Shown: positions 7,936-17,130 of the stretch, in pieces
How the letters are laid out: each line of letters begins with the position of its first letter
Position numbering within the stretch: position 1 is the first letter of the stretch
DNA from: Candidatus Aquivivens invisus
GTDB taxonomy: Bacteria; Omnitrophota; Gorgyraeia; Aquiviventales; Aquiviventaceae
DNA length: 59,925 nucleotides
Direction of reading: 5' to 3'
NCBI GenBank assembly: GCA_001804415.1
Contig: MHGA01000041.1
Location: forward strand, 1-59,925
Made by a program: the position numbers and the translations under genes
The notes under the pieces: model-generated
What the model saw: only the letters and a program-made list of their open reading frames with translations
What the model was told of the DNA's origin: nothing
The model's database searches: none

Positions 7936-8667
7936 CTAAAACGTATAGGCGAGGGACACGGTGACTTCAGGGCCGTCCTGGAAGGCGCTTTCGAGATTCA
8001 GGATCACGTCCTCGGACTCGCCGAGGGCGCAGTCGGTTCCGAGGAAGAATCCCAGGCGGGTCTTTTCCTTATACCGGCCTTGCTTGAGGAGCTGGCCCTC
8101 CTGGCGCACGCGGTAGAAGGCGTTGACCATGGCGTACTTGACGCCGACATACGGCTTCACGCGGCCAAACTCCTTCGCCACGCTCGTACTCATCTGCCAC
8201 TCGTGCCACCGCAGCTCGTTCTTGTCCTTGTGACGCTGGCGGAGATCCAGAAACTGGAGGCTGCCGTCCCATTCCCAGCGGTGCGTGGTACTCTCAAAGA
8301 GTTTGGTCTTCAGCGCCAGGCCGGTCATGAAATTGGTGCCGAAGCTGTTCGTCGTGTCGAGATCGTTGGTCTTCTTGATGGCGGGGTCATCGATTTCGAG
8401 GGACGCCGCCCCAAGCTTGAGGTAGACGCTCACCCGATCTGACAGACCATAGCCGCGGTAGTGCGCGCCGTGAGAGATTTGTGTCTCCGCATCCCCGCTC
8501 ATCTCCCGCCCCGGAGTCCCCCCGCCGGCAAGTCCCATGACCCACTTACCTTTTTTGAGGATGCTCGACGGGCTGCCAACCGTTTCAGCGAAGGCGAGGG
8601 GCACGCACGCGAGGAGCAGTGCTGCGAGGGGGACGAGGAAGCCAACCGGGCGTGTCGAGCGTCTCAT
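7936..8667 (-). CDS. Outer-membrane beta-barrel protein
   Basis: Signal peptide, alternating amphipathic strands, C-terminal LAYTF. Confidence 0.7.
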   Translation of the reverse strand: MRRSTRPVGFLVPLAALLLACVPLAFAETVGSPSSILKKGKWVMGLAGGGTPGREMSGDAETQISHGAHYRGYGLSDRVSVYLKLGAASLEIDDPAIKKTNDLDTTNSFGTNFMTGLALKTKLFESTTHRWEWDGSLQFLDLRQRHKDKNELRWHEWQMSTSVAKEFGRVKPYVGVKYAMVNAFYRVRQEGQLLKQGRYKEKTRLGFFLGTDCALGESEDVILNLESAFQDGPEVTVSLAYTF

Positions 8668-8792
8668 CCCCCCACCGGCTGGTTGGTCCCCGTCCGGCCG
8701 CTGTCACGACTGTTGCCCAATGGTGACAGCGACCGCTTCGCCTGTGGCAGGCGATGCGATGTGTGATGGCGAAGCCCAGCCGGTGGGGGGAT
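8666..8792 (-). promoter_or_regulatory. Structured 5' leader closed by a perfect 17-bp stem that covers the RBS and part of the start codon
   Basis: atccccccaccggctgg (8666-8682) is the exact reverse complement of 8776-8792; internal hairpins present. Confidence 0.6.
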
Positions 8793-8815
8793 CATGCACG
8801 AGTCTCTTGGCGGCT

Positions 8816-8844
8816 ATTATACCGCCTCACGAGGCTCGCGTCAT
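8816..8844 (-). promoter_or_regulatory. Sigma70-type promoter of the barrel-to-nirK unit
   Basis: ATGACG-17 bp-TATAAT on the minus strand. Confidence 0.6.
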
Positions 8845-8883
8845 CCCGAGAAATGCCAGGCGGGTTTGCGCGTTTTCGCGTTA

Positions 8884-8918
8884 GTCGCTTGTCACTTGTC
8901 GCTTGTCACTTGTCACTG
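8884..8918. repeat. Heptamer tandem array (GTCRCTT)n
   Basis: gtcgctt gtcactt gtcgctt gtcactt gtcactg. Confidence 0.85.
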
Positions 8919-8923
8919 GTTGC

Positions 8924-9316
8924 TCAGGCCAGTTCGAGCTGCCCGAGCAGCATGGCGACGGTCTTCAACAACTCGGTGGAGTTACAGGGCTTTGGGAGGT
9001 AGGCGTCGGCTCCGCACGCGAATCCTTTCAGTTGAGCCAGCGGCTGATCCACGGCGGTCAACATCAGGATCGGCACTTCCCACGGGTGAAAGAGCCGGCG
9101 CAGGTCTTTGCAGACGTCAAAACCGCTCCGGTCAGGCAATTGAAGATCGAGGATCACAAGATCCGGATGGCGGAGACTTGCGGCTTGGAGCGCTGAGAGC
9201 CCATTGAGCTGGATTTCCACCTCGAATCCGGACGATCGTAAGCGAGTCGCCAGGAGGGTCGCAAGCGTTTCGTCGTCGTCCACGATGAGGATCCGATCCC
9301 GTCTGCTCTGGTCCAT
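8924..9316 (-). CDS. Single-domain response regulator receiver
   Basis: ILIVDDD, PDLVILDLQLP, LMLTA and YLPKP motifs; GGAGG RBS before the ATG at 9316. Confidence 0.9.
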   Translation of the reverse strand: MDQSRRDRILIVDDDETLATLLATRLRSSGFEVEIQLNGLSALQAASLRHPDLVILDLQLPDRSGFDVCKDLRRLFHPWEVPILMLTAVDQPLAQLKGFACGADAYLPKPCNSTELLKTVAMLLGQLELA

Positions 9317-9430
9317 GCCACCCTCCGTGGTTGCCTCCCGACAACACAGAACCCCCAGGTCCACCTGAGGGGCTTTCCTGAGGGCTTGTACCTCAACTAT
9401 GCCTGATCGCAACCGTCGCTGTCAAGACGG

Positions 9431-9439
9431 TGTTATAAT
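9431..9439 (+). promoter_or_regulatory. Extended -10 promoter (TGTTATAAT), near-leaderless, for the GH94-like gene
   Basis: Perfect TGnTATAAT ending 11 nt before the ATG at 9451. Confidence 0.6.
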
Positions 9440-9450
9440 AGGCTCTCATC

Positions 9451-12213
9451 ATGTGGTGGCAGTTTACGGATCAGGACCCTGAGGCTCCCCCGACGGGGAC
9501 GTTCCGAGCCGTCGGCGCGGAACGGATCGGCCGGCTCTATTTTCCGCTGGTTAATGACGCGGGGTTGCTCTCGTGGACCACCCCACGGCTGCACGGCAGT
9601 CCGGCCGCAAGCCACGCCCGCTACCTCGCCCCTCCCCTGACGGCTGAAGACCTTCCTCATACCCTCCTCCATCGCGATGTCTGGCTGGTGGTTCCTCATC
9701 GGGCACCCTTTTCGCTCTCCGGGCTGTCTCCCGATGGGCTCGCTCCGCCTCGGGATCATTCGCGCCACTCCCTCTCGACCATCGAGGCCGGGCCAGGCTG
9801 GTTCGCGCTGACCCGAGCAGCCTCTGACGGACGATTCGTGGTGCGCGCGACACTCTGGTGTCCGGCCGATCTGAACGCCAAGGTCGAGGTGATGTGGATC
9901 GAGGTGACGAACACGTCCTCGAAGCCCCTCAGGGCGCTCGTGTACGCCGCGGTGCCGATGTTTGCGCGATCGGCTGACAACGTCCGCGATCACCGGCATG
10001 TCACCGCCCTGCTGCATCGGGTCACAATCGGGCGGCACAGCGTGACCGTGGTGCCCACGATGTCGTTTGACGAGCGGGGGCATCGGGTCAATCGCACGCG
10101 CTATCATGTCCTCGCGGTGGGTCCTGGAACCCGCGCGCCGACAGACGTCTGGGGCATCGAAGAGCAGTTTCTCGGCGAAGGCGGGACGTTCGCATCACCG
10201 GAGGCGGTGTGGCAGCAGCGCCGCGCACCCCCGGCCGCTCGCCTGCCTCAAGGGCGGGAGGCTATCGGCGGCTTCCGCTTTGCCCAGCACACGCTGCCGC
10301 CCAACCGCAGCGTCTCCTCCCTGCTCCTGGCCGGCATCGCCGACGACCCTGGTGAGATGCGGCGGTGGCTGCGCTGGGCGAAGCGGCCCGGCTTCGCCGC
10401 CCGGTCCCTCGCCGCCACCAAGACCCGGTGGCTGACTCGCATTCATCGCGTGACCTTTCAGACGGCCGAGCGCCACCTCGATCAGTGGCTGACGTGGGTT
10501 GGGTTTCAGCCGATGCTGCGCCGGGCCTATGGCAACTCGTACCTGCCTCAGTTCGATTACGGCCGAGGGGGACGCGGGTGGCGCGACGTGTGGCAGGACG
10601 GTCTGGCGTTGCTGCTCTCCGATCCGTCATCGGTGCGTCCGATGTTGCTGCGCCATGTGGGGGGCGTGCGGATCGACGGTTCGAATGCGACCATCATCGG
10701 CAAGGACGGTGCGTTCATTGCAGACCGCAACAACATTCCGCGGACGTGGATGGACCATGGGGTCTGGCCCATTCACACGATCCTGCTCTATCTCGATCAG
10801 ACCGGAGACGTGGGGTTCGTGCTGCGGGAACGGGAATACTTCCGGGACGCGCAGATCTTCCGATGCCATCGGCAAGATCCGCGATGGACCGAGGCCTCAG
10901 GCGCGTGGCTGCGGACCCGTCGAGGCCGTCGCTACCGGGGCTCGGTCTTGGAGCATCTGCTGCTGCAAACCGTCAGCGCGTTCTTCAACGTGGGCGGCCA
11001 CAATCTCTGCCGACTTGAGGGCGCGGACTGGAACGACGGGCTGGACATGGCATGCCGCCGAGGCGAATCGGTGGCCTTCAGCGCGTTCTACGCCTGGAAT
11101 CTCAAACGGCTGGCTTCTCTCGCCCAGGCCTTGCGCGCCCACGGCCACAAGACGGTGCCGCTTGCCGAAGAGCTCTTGCTGCTGCTGGATCGCCTGCCGG
11201 GGCAGCGTCGCGTGGCCTACCAGCAAACCTCCGCCAAACAGGCTCGTCTTGAGCGCTATCTGCAGGAGGTGTCCCGGGCTGTGTCAGGCCGGAAAATCCC
11301 TGTCTTGCTTGAGGCGCTCAGCGAGGATCTATCGGCGAAATACGACGACCTCGCCACCCGCATCCGCGCGCAGGAGTGGATTCCTCTCACGGGCGGCGGG
11401 TTCTTCAACGGCTATTACGACGACCTCGGCCGGCGGGTTGAGGGGCCGCATCGCCTGGGGCTGCGGATGACGTTGACGGGACAGGTCTTCCCGGTCATGG
11501 CCGGCATCGCGACCGATGAGCAGGTGGCTCATGTGATCGCGTCGGTGAATCGGTTTTTGCGCGACCCGCGCCTCGGCGGCGTCCGGCTGAACACGGATTT
11601 CAAGGAACGGCAACCGGCGCTGGGGCGGGCGTTTTCGTTTGCCTACGGCGAGAAAGAAAACGGCGCGATCTTCAGCCACATGGCGGTGATGTACGCCTCT
11701 GCCCTGTACCTGCGCCGGCAAGCCCTTGAGGGGCGCGCCGTGTGGCAGGCGCTGTACCGCCTGGCGACCGACCAGCCGGTCGCGAAGATCTTCCCGGGCC
11801 TGCCGGAGTACTTCAATGCCGAGGGCCGAGGGATGTACAGCTATCTCACGGGGTCGGCGTCCTGGCTGATCTGTCTGCTGTTGACGCAGGTCTACGGCAT
11901 CCGCGGGGCGCTGGGTGATCTGGTGATCGATCCGCAGCTGACGCGTGACGATTTCGGCTCCCGTCGCGCGCTGCGGGTTCACACCGCATTCGCCGGCCGG
12001 CCGCTCGTCATCACCATCGCCAACCCTAAGCGCCTCGAGGCCGGCCGGTATGCCGTCGAACGCATCCGCCACGATCGCGACGGCGCCGCGATCCCCTTCA
12101 CCCGACTGCCGGCGGGAGGCGCGCGCCTCGCCCGCTCCCACGTGCATCGCTTTCCCGCCCGCCGCCCAACCCCCCTCACCATCACGCTATCCCGCTTCTC
12201 CTACGCCAGCTGA
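9451..12213 (+). CDS. GH94-like glycoside phosphorylase (cellobiose phosphorylase-like)
   Basis: GRGWRDVWQD, GADWNDGLD, GEKENGAIFSH and YSYLTGSASW motifs. Confidence 0.85.
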   Translation: MWWQFTDQDPEAPPTGTFRAVGAERIGRLYFPLVNDAGLLSWTTPRLHGSPAASHARYLAPPLTAEDLPHTLLHRDVWLVVPHRAPFSLSGLSPDGLAPPRDHSRHSLSTIEAGPGWFALTRAASDGRFVVRATLWCPADLNAKVEVMWIEVTNTSSKPLRALVYAAVPMFARSADNVRDHRHVTALLHRVTIGRHSVTVVPTMSFDERGHRVNRTRYHVLAVGPGTRAPTDVWGIEEQFLGEGGTFASPEAVWQQRRAPPAARLPQGREAIGGFRFAQHTLPPNRSVSSLLLAGIADDPGEMRRWLRWAKRPGFAARSLAATKTRWLTRIHRVTFQTAERHLDQWLTWVGFQPMLRRAYGNSYLPQFDYGRGGRGWRDVWQDGLALLLSDPSSVRPMLLRHVGGVRIDGSNATIIGKDGAFIADRNNIPRTWMDHGVWPIHTILLYLDQTGDVGFVLREREYFRDAQIFRCHRQDPRWTEASGAWLRTRRGRRYRGSVLEHLLLQTVSAFFNVGGHNLCRLEGADWNDGLDMACRRGESVAFSAFYAWNLKRLASLAQALRAHGHKTVPLAEELLLLLDRLPGQRRVAYQQTSAKQARLERYLQEVSRAVSGRKIPVLLEALSEDLSAKYDDLATRIRAQEWIPLTGGGFFNGYYDDLGRRVEGPHRLGLRMTLTGQVFPVMAGIATDEQVAHVIASVNRFLRDPRLGGVRLNTDFKERQPALGRAFSFAYGEKENGAIFSHMAVMYASALYLRRQALEGRAVWQALYRLATDQPVAKIFPGLPEYFNAEGRGMYSYLTGSASWLICLLLTQVYGIRGALGDLVIDPQLTRDDFGSRRALRVHTAFAGRPLVITIANPKRLEAGRYAVERIRHDRDGAAIPFTRLPAGGARLARSHVHRFPARRPTPLTITLSRFSYAS

Positions 12214-12226
12214 ACTCAGGAGCGCT

Positions 12227-12344
12227 GGCCACGGGTCCTGCCGCTGCGCCTTCCCCACCGTTTTGCTTCGTTTTGCTTCGCAAAAACGAAGCAAAACGAA
12301 GCAGTGGGGACGGCGGGAGCCCTGGCTCCGCGTCACCCGTGGCC
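12227..12344. repeat. Nested palindromic element, core shared with 15676-15772
   Basis: Outer IR ggccacgggt/acccgtggcc; inner ttttgcttcg/cgaagcaaaa units. Confidence 0.85.
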
Positions 12345-12354
12345 TGAGGGAATC

Positions 12355-12690
12355 GCCCGCCCGCTGAGGTCGCCCCGCATGTTTTGCTTCGCCCCCTGAA
12401 ATGCGAAGCATTTCGGGGACTGAGTCCTGGAAATCGCTCCGCGATTTCTCAGGGCAAAACGAAGCAAGCGGGGCTCCCCGCTGGCGGGCCCAGTGAGGGA
12501 CTGGCACGGCCTGCGACGAGCCGGACGTTAGGCCACCCGAGCGGCCACGGTGTCCTTGACGCGCAGCGTCAAGGACGAGCGAGGGTGGACGCCCGAGCGA
12601 AGGGCTGGCACGGTGGGCCAGCCCGAGCGTTCCGGCGAGCGCAGGACGTGACAGGCCCGTGCCGCCCCGAATCGGAAGAACAAACGGGCT
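12355..12690. other. Extensively paired intergenic region (nested hairpins; repeat cluster or structured RNA)
   Basis: gccccgc..gcggggc, gaaatcgc..gcgatttc, gtccttgacgc..gcgtcaaggac, gggctggc..gccagccc, ggcacggcctg..caggcccgtgcc. Confidence 0.5.
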
Positions 12691-12729
12691 GGAAATCCGG
12701 TGTGTGATCGAGTAGAGTGATAGTTTCCC

Positions 12730-13470
12730 ATGACGGTCGTCGCCTCGGTCCTGACGTGCAGCCGCACCCTCGTCGATCTCCTCTATCCCGCGGCGTGCCT
12801 GCTGTGTCGCGCCCCAACCGATGGGTCCGCTTCGCCGGTCTGCGAGTCGTGCCAGCTCGCCATGCCAAGGTCCCTGGCTCCGGTCTGTGCGCGATGCGGG
12901 CTGGGGCTTGCTGGAGCCTACGATGCGCACCTTGTGTGTCCCGCCTGCCAGCGGCATCCACCGGTCTTTGGACAGGCTCGCGCCCCGTTTGTCTACGCCA
13001 GGGCGGTGCCCGACGCCATCAAGACGTTCAAATACCGCGGACGGCACCGGCTTGGGGCCTGGCTGGCCGCGCAGATGGCTGAGGAAGTGCGGCATCATGC
13101 GCCCTTCGCCGACGTGCAAGCGGTCGTCCCTGTCCCCTTGCACTGGTTCACACGACGGCTCAGGGGCTTCGATCCGCCGATCGCCCTCGCCCGCACCATT
13201 GCGAGATTGTTGGGAGTCCCTTACGTCCCGCTCTTGCAGCGGACTCGCTGGACCGCGACGCAAACCCGGTTGAGCCCTTCGGCGCGCGCGCGGAACGTGG
13301 AGGGAGCCTTCCGAGTCAGCGCCCGTCCACGGCCAAGCGGAGGAGTCCTCCTCATCGATGATGTGCTGACGAGTGGGGCCACCGCCAACGCCTGCGCGCA
13401 CGTCCTCCGACGCGCGGGGATCCAGCCCGTCCACGTGCTCACCGCCGCGAGAACCCCGCTCCACCCATGA
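12730..13470 (+). CDS. comF: ComF family protein (double zinc ribbon plus phosphoribosyltransferase)
   Basis: Four CxxC pairs; VVPVPLH, RGF and LLIDDVLTSGAT motifs. Confidence 0.9.
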   Translation: MTVVASVLTCSRTLVDLLYPAACLLCRAPTDGSASPVCESCQLAMPRSLAPVCARCGLGLAGAYDAHLVCPACQRHPPVFGQARAPFVYARAVPDAIKTFKYRGRHRLGAWLAAQMAEEVRHHAPFADVQAVVPVPLHWFTRRLRGFDPPIALARTIARLLGVPYVPLLQRTRWTATQTRLSPSARARNVEGAFRVSARPRPSGGVLLIDDVLTSGATANACAHVLRRAGIQPVHVLTAARTPLHP

Positions 13471-14558
13471 AGATTCTCCGGGCCTACGTCCTCAAAGAAC
13501 ACGCCGCACCGCTGGCGGTGGCGGTCAGCGGGCTGACCGTGGTGGCGCTGGTGGGCAACCTCGTGAAACTCGCGGAGCTGGTCATCGCCAAAGGGGTGAG
13601 CCTCTTCGATGTGCTGCGGCTCTTGATCTACTCGGTCCCCTACCTCCTTACCTTCACCCTGCCCATCGCGTGCTTGATCGCGATGGTGATGGCCTTTGGA
13701 CGGCTGAGCAGCGACTATGAGCTGATCGCCATCCGGGCCTCGGGTGTGGCGCCGGCGCGGCTGGTGTGGCCGATCCTCACGGTGGGGCTGGTGATGAGCG
13801 GGATGATGCTCGCGCTCAATGACCGGGTCATTCCGGCCACGCACCTTGCGTCCCGCCGGCAGCTCAAAGCCATCGGCATCAAGCATCCCACCGCCTACAT
13901 CGAAGCGGGGGCCTTCATCAAAGAATTCGAACCCTACGTCCTGTTCGTGTACCACGTCGACCGGCAGATCCTGCACAATGTCCGGATCTACGAGCCGCAA
14001 CCCAACGGCCCGACGCGCACCATCCTCGCGAGTCGAGGGGAGTTCGAGCCGCTGCCGGACAAACGGGGGGTGCGGCTCAAACTCTATGAGGGCACGGTCG
14101 ATGAATGGAACCCCGAACATCCCGGCTCGCTCTACAAAGTCTCCTTCGGCACCTACACCATGAACATGATCTCGGACGCCGAAGCCGGGAAGCGGATCGG
14201 CAAGAAACTCAAAGAGATGTCGTTCAAGGAACTCGGCATCGAACGGCAGCGGCTGCAGGCCGAAGGCATCGATGCCCTGCCGGTCTCGTTGGAGCTTCAC
14301 CGCAAACTGGCGTTCTCCTTTGCCACGCTGATGTTCGTCGCCTTCGGGCTCAGCCTGGGCCTCTCCCTGCACCACCACGAACGGCTGGTCATCTTCGTGT
14401 GGGTGCTCGGCTGGAGCATGGCCTACTATCTGGCGACGATCGGGCTGAACGCCATCGCCCTCAAAGGGTGGGCTCCGCCGTGGCTGGCGATGTGGACGCC
14501 GAACTTCGCGGGCGGGGCCTTCGCGGGACTGCGGCTTTGGCACACCCTCCGCCGCTGA
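13467..14558 (+). CDS. lptF: LptF/LptG family LPS export permease
   Basis: GRLSSDYELIAIRASGV and AMWTPN motifs; TM pattern. Confidence 0.85.
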   Translation: MKILRAYVLKEHAAPLAVAVSGLTVVALVGNLVKLAELVIAKGVSLFDVLRLLIYSVPYLLTFTLPIACLIAMVMAFGRLSSDYELIAIRASGVAPARLVWPILTVGLVMSGMMLALNDRVIPATHLASRRQLKAIGIKHPTAYIEAGAFIKEFEPYVLFVYHVDRQILHNVRIYEPQPNGPTRTILASRGEFEPLPDKRGVRLKLYEGTVDEWNPEHPGSLYKVSFGTYTMNMISDAEAGKRIGKKLKEMSFKELGIERQRLQAEGIDALPVSLELHRKLAFSFATLMFVAFGLSLGLSLHHHERLVIFVWVLGWSMAYYLATIGLNAIALKGWAPPWLAMWTPNFAGGAFAGLRLWHTLRR

Positions 14559-15637
14559 TGCGGATCCTTGATCGGTACACGACCAAGCAGCTCTTCCCCG
14601 TGTGGGTGTGGTGTATGCTGGTGTTCGTTTTCATCAGCCTGCTCATCGATCTCTTCGGGCACCTCGAAGAGATCCTGCAGTATCGGATCCCGTTGGCGAC
14701 TGTCGCGCAGTACTATCTCACCTTCACCCCGCTCGTCATCGTCCGCGCCTCGCCGTTGGCGTTGCTCCTCAGCTGCGCGTTCGTCGCCATGCGCCTGGTC
14801 CGCTATCAAGAGCTGTTGGCGATGCACGCGGGAGGAGTCAGCCTCGTGCGCGCCGGCGTCCCATTTGTCCTGGTGGGATGGTTCGTCAGCCTCTTCGTCT
14901 TCGCCCTCAACGACCGTGTGGTGCCGCAGACCGCCGCGGCGTATGAGCAGATGCGGTATGAATTGTTTCGCGGGCGGCAGCAGCCGCACCTCCTGGAGAG
15001 TGTGGCCACCCTGGATCGGGACAACCGGTTGTATCACGCGCGCCAGTTTCATCTGGACCGCAATGAGCTCACCGATCTGTCCATTCTCGAGCACGATGTG
15101 CGCAACCAGCCCACGAGAAGCTACTACGCCCGCCAGGCCTTCTTCACCCCCCATGGGCTGCTGCTCATCTCAGGCACGATCTACCGGATCAGCCCCAAGG
15201 GCCTGCTGACCGGCGAGCCGGTTCCGTTTGTGGAACGGCTGCTGAACTTCCCGGTCACGCCGACGTCATTCCGGCAATCCGACAGCCAGCCCGAGACGAT
15301 GCGGGTGGGCCAGTTGCGCCGCCTGATCGCGCACCTGAAGGCGAACCACATCACCAATATCCGGCGCTACGCGACGGAGCTCACCGCTAAGCTGACCTTG
15401 CCCTTCATGAACGTCGTGATGTGCGTGATCGCCTTTATCGGCGCCACGCGGCGCCAACGCCGCGGGCATCTGCGGGGGCTCGGGACCAGCCTGGGGTGGG
15501 GGGTGCTGTACTACCTGGGGGTGGCGGCGGGTCAGGGTGTGGCGAAGGAAGGCTTCCTGCCGGTGGTGGTGGCCATGTGGGCCCCGCACCTCATCGCCCT
15601 GGGCCTGTGCTGGCGCGCCCTGCGTCAGCATGCTTGA
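14558..15637 (+). CDS. lptG: LptF/LptG family LPS export permease
   Basis: MRILDRY start overlapping the upstream stop; ELLAMHAGGVS and AMWAPH motifs. Confidence 0.85.
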   Translation: MRILDRYTTKQLFPVWVWCMLVFVFISLLIDLFGHLEEILQYRIPLATVAQYYLTFTPLVIVRASPLALLLSCAFVAMRLVRYQELLAMHAGGVSLVRAGVPFVLVGWFVSLFVFALNDRVVPQTAAAYEQMRYELFRGRQQPHLLESVATLDRDNRLYHARQFHLDRNELTDLSILEHDVRNQPTRSYYARQAFFTPHGLLLISGTIYRISPKGLLTGEPVPFVERLLNFPVTPTSFRQSDSQPETMRVGQLRRLIAHLKANHITNIRRYATELTAKLTLPFMNVVMCVIAFIGATRRQRRGHLRGLGTSLGWGVLYYLGVAAGQGVAKEGFLPVVVAMWAPHLIALGLCWRALRQHA

Positions 15638-15655
15638 TCACCCAATCACTTAATC

Positions 15656-15791
15656 AGGTACTGGTCAAGTTTGACAGGGCCTGTCGCTGCGCCTTCCCCA
15701 CCGTTTTGCTTCGTTTTTGCGAAGCAAAACGAAGCAGTGGGGACGGCGGGAGCCCTGGCTCCGCGCCACCCGTCAAACTTGACCACCACCC
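15656..15791. mobile_element. 136-bp MITE-like element with 20-bp terminal IRs and a 6-bp target duplication TTAATC
   Basis: aggtactggtcaagtttgac / gtcaaacttgaccaccaccc (17/20); TTAATC at 15650-15655 and 15792-15797. Confidence 0.75.
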
Positions 15792-15803
15792 TTAATCACG
15801 CGC

Positions 15804-17066
15804 TCACGTCCCAAGCTCCCAGCTCGAGAGATAACGGGACTGCTCCTGGGTGAGGCGGTCGATGCGCACGCCCAGCGCCTTGAGCTTCAGGACGGCGATG
15901 CGCCGGTCGATGGCAGCCGGGACGGGATAGACTTTGCGCCCAAGGCGAGCGCCGTGACGCACGAGATGCTCTGAGGCCAGCGCCTGATTGGCGAACGACA
16001 GATCCATCACGTTCGAGGGATGGCCTTCCGCGCAGGCCAAATTGACCAGTCGCCCTTCACCCAGCACGTTGATCCGCCGCCCATTGGCGAGGGTGTACTG
16101 GTCGATGCCGTTGCGCACGACGTGATGGCGCCGGCTGACGCGGCGCAGGGCCTCCAGATCGATCTCCACGTCGAAATGGCCGGAGTTAGCCACGAGGGCC
16201 CCGTCCTTCATGCGCCGGAAATGGCGCGCGGCGATGACCTTCGAACAGCCGGTCACGGTGACAAAAATGTCGCCGACGCCGGCGGCCCGCTCAAGTGGCA
16301 TCACTTGAAAGCCGTCCATCACCGCTTCCAGGGCTTTCAGCGCATCCACCTCGGTCACGATCACATGCGCCCCCATGCCCCGAGCCCGCTGGGCGAGTCC
16401 TTTTCCGCACCAGCCATAGCCCGCCACCACGAACACCGAGCCCGCCAGGAGGCGGTTCGTCATGCGCAAGATCCCGTCAATCGTCGATTGGCCGGTTCCA
16501 TAGCGGTTGTCGAACAGATGCTTGGTGTTGGCGTCGTTCACCGCGATCACGGGGTAGCGCAGCTTGCCTTGGGCTTCGAGGCTGCGCAAGCGGATCACGC
16601 CGGTCGTCGTCTCCTCGGTGCCCCCGATGATGTCGCGCCCGAACCGCCCGGGCTCCTTGTGGATCGTCGACACCAGATCGGCCCCGTCATCCATGGTGAT
16701 GTGCGGCGACATCGAGAGGACCTCGTGGATGTGCGCATAGTAGGTGCGCCGATCTTCTCCCCGAACGGCATACACCGCGATCCCGAAGTCCTTGACCAGG
16801 CTGGCGGCGATGTCGTCCTGCGTCGAGAGCGGGTTGGAGGCGCACAGCGCCAGCCGGGCGCCGCCGGCTTTCAAGGTCAGCATCAAGTGAGCCGTTTCGG
16901 TCGTCACATGCAGACAGGCCGCCAGGCGCACGCCCTTGAAGGGTTTGGTGCGAAACATCTGGGCGCGAATCTGTCCCAGAACCGGCATCTGGCCCTCGGC
17001 CCAGTCGATCTTCGCCCGTCCCGATTTCGCGAGATTCGCATGCTTGATATGAAATGTCCTTCTCAC
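15804..17066 (-). CDS. ahcY: Adenosylhomocysteinase
   Basis: [35 protein letters not shown] and GEGRLVNL motifs. Confidence 0.97.
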   Translation of the reverse strand: MRRTFHIKHANLAKSGRAKIDWAEGQMPVLGQIRAQMFRTKPFKGVRLAACLHVTTETAHLMLTLKAGGARLALCASNPLSTQDDIAASLVKDFGIAVYAVRGEDRRTYYAHIHEVLSMSPHITMDDGADLVSTIHKEPGRFGRDIIGGTEETTTGVIRLRSLEAQGKLRYPVIAVNDANTKHLFDNRYGTGQSTIDGILRMTNRLLAGSVFVVAGYGWCGKGLAQRARGMGAHVIVTEVDALKALEAVMDGFQVMPLERAAGVGDIFVTVTGCSKVIAARHFRRMKDGALVANSGHFDVEIDLEALRRVSRRHHVVRNGIDQYTLANGRRINVLGEGRLVNLACAEGHPSNVMDLSFANQALASEHLVRHGARLGRKVYPVPAAIDRRIAVLKLKALGVRIDRLTQEQSRYLSSWELGT

Positions 17067-17097
17067 GTTCCCTCCCGTCGTTTGTTTCTTTTTTTCA

Positions 17098-17127
17098 CTT
17101 ATTGCTTACTGCTTACTGCTTATTGCT
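17098..17127. repeat. Heptamer tandem array (CTTAYTG)n
   Basis: cttattg cttactg cttactg cttattg between metK and ahcY. Confidence 0.8.
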
Positions 17128-17130
17128 TTT

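Noticed and set aside
12355-12690. RNase P, tmRNA, SRP or 6S RNA identity for the structured intergenic region
   Set aside because: Their conserved sequence signatures were not recognised on either strand.
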